A stretch of 64,000 nt of DNA from an uncultured Woeseia sp. Its GTDB lineage: Bacteria; Pseudomonadota; Gammaproteobacteria; Steroidobacterales; UBA11654. The notes under the pieces were generated by a model that saw only the letters and a program-made list of their open reading frames with translations, searched no databases and had not been told where the DNA came from. Numbering within the stretch: position 1 is the first letter of the stretch; each line of letters begins with the position of its first letter. A program made the position numbers and the translations under genes. The DNA is taken from the NCBI GenBank assembly GCA_964454905.1, contig CAYVTR010000002.1, positions 6,803-70,802 of the forward strand. The letters run 5' to 3'. Below, in pieces: positions 55,888 through 64,000 of the stretch.

Positions 55888-58284
55888 ATGTCAACACTAA
55901 CTAGGACTCAAAAAGTTACATCAGTAGCAGCTGCGGTCTCTGCAGCATTAGCTGGCTACACGACAACACAGGCACAGCTAGAAGAAATTGTAGTAACAGC
56001 TACAAAGAAAGCTGAAAGCCTTCAAGATATTGCCGGTAATGTTCAAGCAATCACTGAAGATCAACTTAAAAAAGCTCAAGTCGTCAATATGGAGGATTAT
56101 GCAAAACTAATCCCAAGTATGAGTTATGTTAATTACACTCCTGGAACCGGTAAAGTTTACTTCCGTGGTATTGCAGACGATAACGGCACCTTTATATCTG
56201 AGGAATCAACAGCCCTATACATCGATGAACAGCCAGTTACACAATCTGGTATGGCGGTTGATGTAAGAATGGTTGATATAGCTCGTATTGAGGCACTTTC
56301 AGGCCCGCAAGGAAGTCTATATGGGTCAAGCGCACAATCGGGAACCATTAGAATTATTACCAATAAACCAGACCCTAGCGGATTCTCAGCCAGTGCTGAT
56401 ATGACCCTAAGAGCGTCAGCAACATCCCCTAGAAATGAAGACAGCTGGGACATACAAGGTATGGTTAATATTCCAATATCTGATAATTTCGCTATCCGTG
56501 CTGTTGGCTTTACAGCTGAAGATGGCGGTTATGTTGATGTTGTAGAGGGTACTAGTGCTAGATTTGGTCTTAATAAAAATACAGATTTTAACCCTTTAGC
56601 TGTTCGAGAAGATGTTAACACCTTCAAATCATCTGGTGGAAGAATCTTTGGTAGATGGGATACTGGGGGTGGTTATGTTCAGGCTGGACTCTCAGCGCAA
56701 AATAACAGTGCAGATGGTTACAACTATTTTGACCAAAGCGTGGGCGATCTTCAAAGAATTTCATTCTATGATGAACCAAGAGATGATGATTGGACTCAAC
56801 TGTCGTTGACGGTAGAGCATGATCTTGGCTTTGCTAAGTTAATATCCGCGACATCTTATTTCGATAGAGACGTTTATTACGTAAATGACAGATCTGTCTA
56901 CTCAATGTACTTTGGTACTTTCTGTTATTACTACAATGGAGCGCCAGCAGGTTGGAGTAAGTACTGCTTCCAACCAGTAGGAACCGCGTATTGGTATAAT
57001 GACGTTCCTGGGTTTAATGAGTTGTATCAATGGAACTCGTCAAAAACTCAAGAGTTTAGATTATCTAACCAAACTGATGATCTTGACTGGGTGGTAGGTC
57101 TTTTCTACCAAGAACGAGAAGAAGGATGGGACTTCTTCACTCAAACAGTTGACTACAGAAATTCAGTGGGTTTTCAAAATCGCTTGAATTATATCACTTA
57201 CTATTTACCTGATAGACTTCCGCTTGCACCAACTGATGTTTGGTGGGCATCTTACGATAGAACGGAATGGGAAACTATGGCAGTGTTTGGTGAAATCAAC
57301 TATCGGTTTGATGAGAATTGGGAATTAACAGTTGGTGGGAGATATTTTGATCGTTCAGCTGATAAAACTTATTGGGTAGAAAACCCAAAAGGTGCATTAA
57401 CTGCTGATGGAATTCTACCTAAGAATAAGAGAGATAATCCAAGTAATACAGACTTCGTGCCTAAAGTAAGCATTAAATATAATGTCAATGATGACACTAT
57501 GGTGTATGCCCTTTATTCAGAAGGCTACCGACCAGGTGGCGTAAATAGAGGAAGATCTTCTGCTCCTATTTATCCTGATTCATATGAAGCTGACTTCTTA
57601 GATAACATGGAAATCGGTGTTAAATCCACACTTATGGACGGCCGACTAAGATTAAATGCTACTTATTTCACAATGGATTGGGATAATTATCAAATAGAGT
57701 TAGTTGATCCAAGTAATTTGCCTTGTGGATCCGCGGGGGCTTACCCTGCACCACAGTGCGGACAGCCTTGGCAGAAAGTTGTAGCTAACCTTGGTTACGC
57801 TGGGTCTGATGGACTCATGCTAGAGGTTCTAGCTGCTATTGGAGACAATACTGAGTTAGGTTGGAACTCTCAATGGGTAGACGCAAAAACTGTCACAGCA
57901 TTAGCTGATGGAAGCGCTCCAGCTGGCTCTAGAATGCCACAAGTTCCAGAGTTTAAAACTAATCTTTGGGTTGAGAAATCAATAAATATCAGTGCATTTG
58001 GAGGGACTGAAGGGTTTGTAAGAGCCTCAGTGAGTCATACAGGTGATACCGTTAGTGCCGTACAACCTGCTTATCAATTCATTCAAAAATCATACACCGT
58101 TGCGGATGCTAAAATGGGCATTCTAGGTGATGATTGGGAACTCAATTTCTTCATCAATAATATAACTGATGAAAGAGCAGAAATTGCAGTTAATGATTGG
58201 TTTTTTGACTTCTTCTTTGGTCGTGCTAGACAATACACTAACCGACCAAGAGAAATGGGAATTAGATACACCAAACGTTGGTAA
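55888..58284 (+). CDS. TonB-dependent outer-membrane receptor
   Basis: It has a signal peptide, a plug domain (EEIVVTATKKAESLQDIAGNVQAI...FRGIA), a long beta-barrel and a terminal aromatic residue (...RYTKRW). Confidence 0.85.
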   Translation: MSTLTRTQKVTSVAAAVSAALAGYTTTQAQLEEIVVTATKKAESLQDIAGNVQAITEDQLKKAQVVNMEDYAKLIPSMSYVNYTPGTGKVYFRGIADDNGTFISEESTALYIDEQPVTQSGMAVDVRMVDIARIEALSGPQGSLYGSSAQSGTIRIITNKPDPSGFSASADMTLRASATSPRNEDSWDIQGMVNIPISDNFAIRAVGFTAEDGGYVDVVEGTSARFGLNKNTDFNPLAVREDVNTFKSSGGRIFGRWDTGGGYVQAGLSAQNNSADGYNYFDQSVGDLQRISFYDEPRDDDWTQLSLTVEHDLGFAKLISATSYFDRDVYYVNDRSVYSMYFGTFCYYYNGAPAGWSKYCFQPVGTAYWYNDVPGFNELYQWNSSKTQEFRLSNQTDDLDWVVGLFYQEREEGWDFFTQTVDYRNSVGFQNRLNYITYYLPDRLPLAPTDVWWASYDRTEWETMAVFGEINYRFDENWELTVGGRYFDRSADKTYWVENPKGALTADGILPKNKRDNPSNTDFVPKVSIKYNVNDDTMVYALYSEGYRPGGVNRGRSSAPIYPDSYEADFLDNMEIGVKSTLMDGRLRLNATYFTMDWDNYQIELVDPSNLPCGSAGAYPAPQCGQPWQKVVANLGYAGSDGLMLEVLAAIGDNTELGWNSQWVDAKTVTALADGSAPAGSRMPQVPEFKTNLWVEKSINISAFGGTEGFVRASVSHTGDTVSAVQPAYQFIQKSYTVADAKMGILGDDWELNFFINNITDERAEIAVNDWFFDFFFGRARQYTNRPREMGIRYTKRW

Positions 58285-58302
58285 TATTTTTCAGTAAATA
58301 AT

Positions 58303-58337
58303 AAAAAAGCCCCTGCAAAGGGGCTTTTTTATTTTCT
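58303..58337 (+). terminator. rho-independent terminator after the TonB-dependent receptor gene
   Basis: AAAAAGCCCCT-GCAA-AGGGGCTTTTTTATTTT forms a perfect GC-rich stem with a tetraloop and a T-tract. Confidence 0.85.
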
Positions 58338-58384
58338 AAAGCAATATACAATGTTTTGAAATGTTTTTTATTTAAGGCAATACA

Positions 58385-59836
58385 ATGATTGGAACAGGAC
58401 CATACGATTCACTAAGAGATTTTATGGAAGCAATTGAGGCACACGGACATGTCATTCGAATAGAGGCTATTGACCAAGATGCTTATGAGCTAACTGGTTT
58501 TATGTACAAACTCATTGATAAATATGGATGGCTTGGTGCTCCATCGGTGATAGTAGAGAAAGTAAAGATCTCAGGTGAATGGGTTGATGGACCAATCATC
58601 ATTAATCAATATGGCATGGGCGCTCATGAAGCAATGGCTGTAGGCGTACCTCTTGATGAAATTGAAGACGGAGAACACATTCTTAATTACAAGAAAGCAC
58701 TGAGCAAGATGATTGAGGTAGGAGATATTACTCCTATTGAAACAACAGAAATTGATAAAAAAGATGCCCCAAGTAAAGAAGTTATCCTTAAAGAAGATGA
58801 AATTAATATTTTAGATTTTCCATTTATTCAAACCAATCCTGGTGATAATGGCAGATTCATCAACACTGGTAATCTTGTAACTATTGACCCAGAAATGGGT
58901 AGAAATGTTGGCACCTATCGAATGCAAATTAAGGGGCCAAAAAAAATTGGTATCAGTCCAGAGAAGAATCAAGATGGTTGGAAATCCTTGATGAACACTG
59001 AAGGAGATGTTGCACAAGCAGTTGTTGTATTGGGTACTGACCCAATTGTTTTTGCCATGAGCAGTTCTAAAACTGCTAGAACTGAGCAAGATGAACTTGA
59101 AATTGCTGGAGGATTTAAAGGTAAGCCAATTGAAGTCGTCAAATGCGAGAACAGTGATATCCTGGTACCGGCTAATGTGGAAATGATTATTGAAGGTGAA
59201 ATCCCACTCAATGACTTTGAACCAGAAGGTCCTTTTGGAGAAATGTATGGCTACATGGGAAAGCCACATGAAGAAACGTTCTATATGAACATCAAAACAA
59301 TTACACATCGGCTTAACCCAATGGTTGTTAATCAATTCACTGGAATTACTAGGGGTTTTGTTACCTCTCCCGGAGAAGCAGCTTCAATAAGAGGATTTTC
59401 TAAATTCATGCCTGAATTAAGAGGTTTTCATATCCCAATAGATCATGTGGGTTTTCTGTTTCTTAGTATTGAAAAAACCAGGCCTCATCAGGGAATAGAG
59501 CTTGCTGAGAAATTCAATTTCTTGCCTATAGGAAAAATTGTTATTGTCGTCGATGAAGATGTTGATATACATAACTCCAAAGAAGTTTTTCAAACTGTTG
59601 GTGCAAGATGGCAACCGTATCCGAGCGCTAAAATAATTGAGGATACTGCTGGTTTCTTTTTAGATCCCAGTGCTGTGGTAAGAGGCAGATCATCTAGAAT
59701 TCTCATTGATGCAACAAGGCAACTACCAGAAGAAAACGGTCCATCCCCATATCCAAAATTAAATAGAGAACTTCTAGTTGAACATACTCCAGAAATCTTT
59801 GATTTAGTAAAAGAAAAATGGGGACACTTAATATAA
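58385..59836 (+). CDS. UbiD-family (prenylated-FMN-dependent) decarboxylase
   Basis: It is 483 aa with UbiD-like blocks (GTYRMQI, EGPFGEMYGYMG) and the overall family layout. Confidence 0.75.
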   Translation: MIGTGPYDSLRDFMEAIEAHGHVIRIEAIDQDAYELTGFMYKLIDKYGWLGAPSVIVEKVKISGEWVDGPIIINQYGMGAHEAMAVGVPLDEIEDGEHILNYKKALSKMIEVGDITPIETTEIDKKDAPSKEVILKEDEINILDFPFIQTNPGDNGRFINTGNLVTIDPEMGRNVGTYRMQIKGPKKIGISPEKNQDGWKSLMNTEGDVAQAVVVLGTDPIVFAMSSSKTARTEQDELEIAGGFKGKPIEVVKCENSDILVPANVEMIIEGEIPLNDFEPEGPFGEMYGYMGKPHEETFYMNIKTITHRLNPMVVNQFTGITRGFVTSPGEAASIRGFSKFMPELRGFHIPIDHVGFLFLSIEKTRPHQGIELAEKFNFLPIGKIVIVVDEDVDIHNSKEVFQTVGARWQPYPSAKIIEDTAGFFLDPSAVVRGRSSRILIDATRQLPEENGPSPYPKLNRELLVEHTPEIFDLVKEKWGHLI

Positions 59837-59849
59837 AAAGGAGATTAAT

Positions 59850-60809
59850 ATGTCCAATGAATCTGATTTAAAAGCTTTTGAGAGTGGAGATATTCTTGTT
59901 GGTGCAACTATACTAAATAATGCTGATGATGACCATGCAGGTGACGGACGAATTATCCAATATGATAATAATCTTAACTTAAAGGGAACACTTTGGACTC
60001 AGAACACCACTCACTTAGTGGGCGGTCTCAAGTTTGACAAGGACAACCATCTTTGGGCTTTTGATAGTCAAAACTACTCGGTTTTAAAGGTAGCTCCTAC
60101 AGGTGAACAAATTGACCGCATAGACTTTGGGGCTCGGTCGTTTTCTAATGCCTGCTTTAGTAACAGTGGCGATGTTTTTCTGGGAGAACATCTTGTTGGT
60201 GATGAATCAAATAATAAGGCACTTGAAGGACCAAGAAAACTGGGTACAGTTCTGCCCTTTATGCCTGATACTAATAGATATGGTGATGGTAATTTGTATA
60301 AATTCTCATCAGATGGTGATCTCAAAGAAACTTTTGAAACAGAAACACATGGCGGCATGCCAGGATTTTTAGGGGTTACCTCATCTGCCATTGATCCAGA
60401 TGAATCAAAAATCGTTTATATCTCTGAATTGGGTAACCGAATCTTTCAATACGATATTGTTAATAATCAACAAATGGATGATTTAATCACTTTTGAGCCT
60501 GACAGTGGCAATCTTGTTATTGCTATAAGTTATGCACCGAATGGTGGTTTTTATTCCATTAAAGCCAACTTTAGAGAAGGTTTTGCTCTCTGCCAACATG
60601 ACCCACACTCTGGCGGAATTATTAAAGAAACAATATTACCAGGGCCTGGATGGGCAACACTTTGTCTTTCCAATGATAATGAAACAGCTGTTATTGGTAA
60701 TTTCTTCAACGGGCAAATTGGAAAATTTATTATTGATACCGGAGAAATAACTGCTTCAGCAGAAACTAATGTGGAACGGTCATTAGCAGGAATAGCCGAG
60801 TTTAATTAA
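59850..60809 (+). CDS. hypothetical protein, probably a beta-propeller fold
   Basis: It is a long ORF 13 nt after ubiD-like with repeated strand-turn segments. It has no diagnostic motif. Confidence 0.5.
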   Translation: MSNESDLKAFESGDILVGATILNNADDDHAGDGRIIQYDNNLNLKGTLWTQNTTHLVGGLKFDKDNHLWAFDSQNYSVLKVAPTGEQIDRIDFGARSFSNACFSNSGDVFLGEHLVGDESNNKALEGPRKLGTVLPFMPDTNRYGDGNLYKFSSDGDLKETFETETHGGMPGFLGVTSSAIDPDESKIVYISELGNRIFQYDIVNNQQMDDLITFEPDSGNLVIAISYAPNGGFYSIKANFREGFALCQHDPHSGGIIKETILPGPGWATLCLSNDNETAVIGNFFNGQIGKFIIDTGEITASAETNVERSLAGIAEFN

Positions 60810-60816
60810 TGCGAAG

Positions 60817-61626
60817 CTACCATGGAATAGTTTTGCCATTATAATTGACATAAGCAGCGGTGTTATCCACAGTTATATTTTCAATATTACGAATCATATC
60901 AGCTACAGCAACTTCCGGTGGTCGCATAGGAAAAGGAAGGCCGGTCATAAAGTCAGTGTCGGTAGCCCCTGGATTTACCATTCCTACAGCTATGCCTCTG
61001 CTCTTAAGCTGAAGAGCAAGATTAACCATTAACATATTTAACGCTGTCTTGCTTGATCGGTAAAAAAATAAACGGGCTCCACGTTTGAAAGCCTTGTCTA
61101 TTGATCCTTCGCTACTAGACACCGTAATAATTTTTTTCAGTTGACTATCCTTAACATGAGGGTAAAAAGCCTCTGCCATTTTCATAGGTCCTATTGTGTT
61201 AACTGCTAACACATCTTCATAAACCTTGTAATCCATTGTGCCAAAAATTTGGTTACTTGATCCTCCAGAGATCCCTGCATTATTGAGTAGTACATCTATT
61301 GGAGTACCGCTAAGCTGAAGCGCCAGTTCATCAATTCTATTATGATCAACAACATCCAATTGCATAATAATTAAGTGATCTGGGTAATTCTTCTTTAGAT
61401 TATTTAATTCATCTGCTCTATCTGGGTTACGGCAAGTCGCAATAACTTTCCAACCTTTCTGTAAATATTGTTTTGTAAATTCTAGTCCAATCCCACGGTT
61501 TGCACCTGTAATCAAAGTGGTGGGAGCATATTCCGTTTCTTCTGATCTGAGTTGATCATTGAATGTTAGCCCTACAAATAGAGTAACGGTGAGAAAGACC
61601 GTAAGTAATTTTGATAGATTATTCAT
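60817..61626 (-). CDS. SDR-family oxidoreductase with an N-terminal signal/anchor
   Basis: Supporting motifs are ITGANRGIG, NNAG and YRSSKTA (YxxxK). The hydrophobic N-terminus is LLTVFLTVTLFVGL. Confidence 0.8.
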   Translation of the reverse strand: MNNLSKLLTVFLTVTLFVGLTFNDQLRSEETEYAPTTLITGANRGIGLEFTKQYLQKGWKVIATCRNPDRADELNNLKKNYPDHLIIMQLDVVDHNRIDELALQLSGTPIDVLLNNAGISGGSSNQIFGTMDYKVYEDVLAVNTIGPMKMAEAFYPHVKDSQLKKIITVSSSEGSIDKAFKRGARLFFYRSSKTALNMLMVNLALQLKSRGIAVGMVNPGATDTDFMTGLPFPMRPPEVAVADMIRNIENITVDNTAAYVNYNGKTIPW

Positions 61627-61661
61627 GTTTTTTTATTGCTTCATTTTAAATGTATAAACAT

Positions 61662-62774
61662 TTAACTCAATGGAATTTTATCAAGTACCCAACCTTTTTG
61701 TTTTTTTCGCTCTGGTGAAGGAATGGCAAATGCTTTTTTGCCGGTGTCTTGCTTGACAGCTTCGGTGTTAATTTTCCATCCCTTTTTCTGCCATCCTGAA
61801 AGAAGTTTTCTGTATTTAATGCAAGGTTCATCTGCTGGCACTAGAAATTCTTTGATATTAGAGCTTGGGGTTAACACCGGTTCTAATTGCTCAAGTACAG
61901 TAATATCCTGTTCTGCAATGACCATACAACGATCTGCTATTGGTTTATCCATATTCGGGTCAAGCATCATTTTTCTCATATTGACTAAAAAGATTTTTAC
62001 ATGGTCTTCTTCGATTGGACACTCAAACATGTATTGTCTAAATTCTGAATTCTCATTAAAAACAATATAGGTCCACATTTGATTAGGACCAACAATACCA
62101 GAACCTGCCATTCTTTTATCGCTAGCCTCTTTTATCTGTGGCCCTTCTTTCTTTGAAGCTGGGGATTTAAAAGCATGCCAAAAACCAAAGCCCCATTTTT
62201 TTGGTCCGAACATATTGTCGACAAATTTAAGTTCGTTGACCTGATAATCCTCATCTTCGCCTTCATGGCCATGGGTTGGATGAACAAATTCGTTATGTGC
62301 AGCATCTAATCCGTTTTCAATTGACCGTTCAAAATTAATTTTTGCCTCATAAGTTAATAGATTAGCTCGCCAATTTTTTTCGTCTTCAAGTTCAGCAATC
62401 GGCATAATAGGAGGTCTTTTGCCCTGTTCTAGATCACCCAAGAACGCAAAAACAATACCGTATTTTTCCTCTGTAGGATAAGCATCTATTCTTGTCCTTT
62501 TCGGAATTTTTGCGTCCTTGCCTAAAGAAGGTATACGTTTACATGCACCATCACCATCAAATCTCCATCCATGATATGGGCATTGAATACAATCATCTCT
62601 TACAACCCCACCAGATAAAGATCCGCCTCTATGAATACAAGTGTCACTTAAAGTATGTGGAACCCCTTTAGAATCTCTGAAGGCAACAAAATTCTGACCA
62701 AGCATTCGGACTCTCTTGGGCTCATCTTTCAACTCTTCACTGAGACTTACCGGATACCAAAAATTGATATACAC
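61662..62774 (-). CDS. Rieske [2Fe-2S] non-heme-iron oxygenase (VanA/KshA-like monooxygenase component)
   Basis: The Rieske motif is CIHRGGSL...CPYHGWRF and the iron motif is DAAHNEFVHPTH. Confidence 0.8.
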   Translation of the reverse strand: MYINFWYPVSLSEELKDEPKRVRMLGQNFVAFRDSKGVPHTLSDTCIHRGGSLSGGVVRDDCIQCPYHGWRFDGDGACKRIPSLGKDAKIPKRTRIDAYPTEEKYGIVFAFLGDLEQGKRPPIMPIAELEDEKNWRANLLTYEAKINFERSIENGLDAAHNEFVHPTHGHEGEDEDYQVNELKFVDNMFGPKKWGFGFWHAFKSPASKKEGPQIKEASDKRMAGSGIVGPNQMWTYIVFNENSEFRQYMFECPIEEDHVKIFLVNMRKMMLDPNMDKPIADRCMVIAEQDITVLEQLEPVLTPSSNIKEFLVPADEPCIKYRKLLSGWQKKGWKINTEAVKQDTGKKAFAIPSPERKKQKGWVLDKIPLS

Positions 62775-62922
62775 ACACTACTCCTTTCAAACTACATAAA
62801 TTTACAACAGACTCATATTTTAATCCAATTTCTTTATTAGTAGAATACGAAATATAAAGCAAAAAGGATTTTTACTGATATATTGTTTTATATCAATTTA
62901 AGTGACAAGAAGAGGTAGTAAT

Positions 62923-63534
62923 ATGGCAATGATGCAAGGAAACAATAAACCAAAAAATCAAGGCAAACCAACTGGCAGGCCTCCATTAGAGGCTATGACA
63001 GCTGACAATCTAGCTCCACCCACTGGCATGGAAGGCAGAGAAGAAGATTTAGCCACAGCCATGCAGATTTTAGTTAAAACAATGAAAATTCAAATACCTT
63101 ATCCTCATGACACTAATGATGCTTTACTCAAAGCACATTTGAATGCGATTCAATTTGCGAAGAACAATAATTTACTGGAAGCATATGTTGAACATGACCT
63201 TAATACCATGAAACCTTTGCTTGAGCGCACAAAAGCTATGATAGAAGCCTCTGGCGATAAAGAGTTAGCACTGGTGATGAATTTCGAAAGAACTGGATGT
63301 TTTTTTCAAATGTTTCTTGACCCACATGCTGAGCCAGGGAAAAGAACGTTTACCTTCCCGTTTAGAAAAGTTCTGAATGCTGCAAAAGGTTTAGGACAGT
63401 TTGATCTAACTGAAGAAGAGATACTTGATAAATGGTGGCGACCCAGATATTTGGGTTACGGAAAAGCAGTCGGAGTGGAACTAAAGATCTCAGACATGGA
63501 TGAAGATGGAAAAATAACTGTTGAGTTAGCATAA
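62923..63534 (+). CDS. hypothetical protein
   Basis: The ORF has an AAGAGG RBS before the ATG at 62923. I recognise no domain. Confidence 0.45.
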   Translation: MAMMQGNNKPKNQGKPTGRPPLEAMTADNLAPPTGMEGREEDLATAMQILVKTMKIQIPYPHDTNDALLKAHLNAIQFAKNNNLLEAYVEHDLNTMKPLLERTKAMIEASGDKELALVMNFERTGCFFQMFLDPHAEPGKRTFTFPFRKVLNAAKGLGQFDLTEEEILDKWWRPRYLGYGKAVGVELKISDMDEDGKITVELA

Positions 63535-63539
63535 TTCTT

Positions 63540-64000
63540 ATGAAGCCAGCGCCCAAAACCTCAAAACCAAGCTATATTCCGACAAGAGAAGAGATCATAA
63601 AAGCTGCTGCAGACCTAATACCTAAATTAAGAGACAGAGCTGAAGAAGCTGAAGATCTTCGTATGATGCCTGATGAAAATGTCAAAGACATGAAAAAGGC
63701 TGGGATACATAAAATATTTACTCCAAAGCGCTATGGTGGTTTTGAAATGGATTGGGGCACTCAAGTAGATGTTGCCAGAGAACTGGGTAAAGGGTGTGCA
63801 TCAACATCATGGATGTCTTCAGTGGTTATGTCGCATTCATGGAACTTAGGGCGATTCCCTGCTGAAGCACAAGAAGAATTCTGGCCATCATGTCCTGACG
63901 CAATTATCGCCACTGCTTTTGCTGGAGGCGGCGAAATGAAAGAGACAGAAGGCGGATACATTCTTAATGGACTATGGAGATTTGCTAGCGGGGTAGATCA
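63540..64000 (+). CDS. acyl-CoA dehydrogenase-fold flavin-dependent monooxygenase (two-component, group D-like), N-terminal part; continues past the window
   Basis: My translation is MKPAPKTSKPSYIPTREEIIKAAADLIPKLRDRAEEAEDLRMMPDENVKDMKKAGIHKIFTPKRYGGFEMDW...GGYILNGLWRFASG. The pattern is typical of HpaB/DszC-like oxygenase N-termini. The ORF is open to the window end, so it is absent from the track. Confidence 0.6.
   Translation, partial: MKPAPKTSKPSYIPTREEIIKAAADLIPKLRDRAEEAEDLRMMPDENVKDMKKAGIHKIFTPKRYGGFEMDWGTQVDVARELGKGCASTSWMSSVVMSHSWNLGRFPAEAQEEFWPSCPDAIIATAFAGGGEMKETEGGYILNGLWRFASGVD

Noticed and set aside
58811-59335. A 174-aa antisense ORF inside the UbiD-family gene.
   Set aside because: It has no motifs or RBS context and is fully nested opposite a well-supported CDS.
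1-64000. A search by eye for CRISPR arrays, long direct or inverted repeats, transposase/integrase genes, tRNA/rRNA genes and defence-system genes.
   Set aside because: I found none. The only repeats seen are the paralogous gene pairs (mttB x2, crtI-like x2) and short intergenic motifs. A computational repeat, tRNAscan and Rfam scan is still advisable.

Overview
This is 64 kb of AT-rich (by eye, not computed), extremely gene-dense DNA with about 57 CDS and roughly 95% coding. Many genes have ATGA/TAATG start-stop overlaps, and convergent genes are separated by 2-7 nt or overlap. I saw no rRNA, tRNA, CRISPR array, transposase, integrase or phage gene, and no recognisable transcription-factor gene. 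The FadD, PuuA/B/C-like and TonB-dependent receptor content suggests a streamlined marine Gammaproteobacterium; this is inference, since no search was possible. All calls rest on motif and family recognition in the supplied translations and on gene order. Content in order: (1) fadD (partial), then an HMG-CoA reductase/mevalonate kinase fusion coupled to idi. (2) A methyl-group harvesting island at 3.7-21.5 kb. It holds dmdA-dmdC (DMSP demethylation) divergent from BCCT transporter-metF, two tandem non-pyrrolysine MttB-family methyltransferases, and a complete split-MetH-like corrinoid module (metF, Hcy-binding domain, B12-binding protein, DUF1638, a 99-aa protein, pterin-binding domain, RACo-type activase). 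A Rieske N-demethylase-like oxygenase converges on S-formylglutathione hydrolase. (3) An NhaC-family transporter, secreted amidohydrolases and a long plus-strand operon of exported or unknown enzymes. (4) A tight 8-gene minus-strand operon (class III aminotransferase, two CrtI-like flavoproteins, GcvT-like, ADP-forming acyl-CoA synthetase, PuuC-like ALDH, crotonase, PuuA-like ligase) next to a polyamine-type ABC importer. (5) A TPR-sulfotransferase and an Asp/Asn beta-hydroxylase. (6) A TonB receptor-UbiD-Rieske-flavin monooxygenase cluster. The most interesting signal: all five enzymes that must dock on the stand-alone corrinoid protein carry strongly polybasic termini, while the corrinoid protein carries a strongly acidic N-terminal extension. 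This suggests an electrostatic tether that replaces the covalent linkage found in MetH. The 8-gene operon has no pathway I can name.
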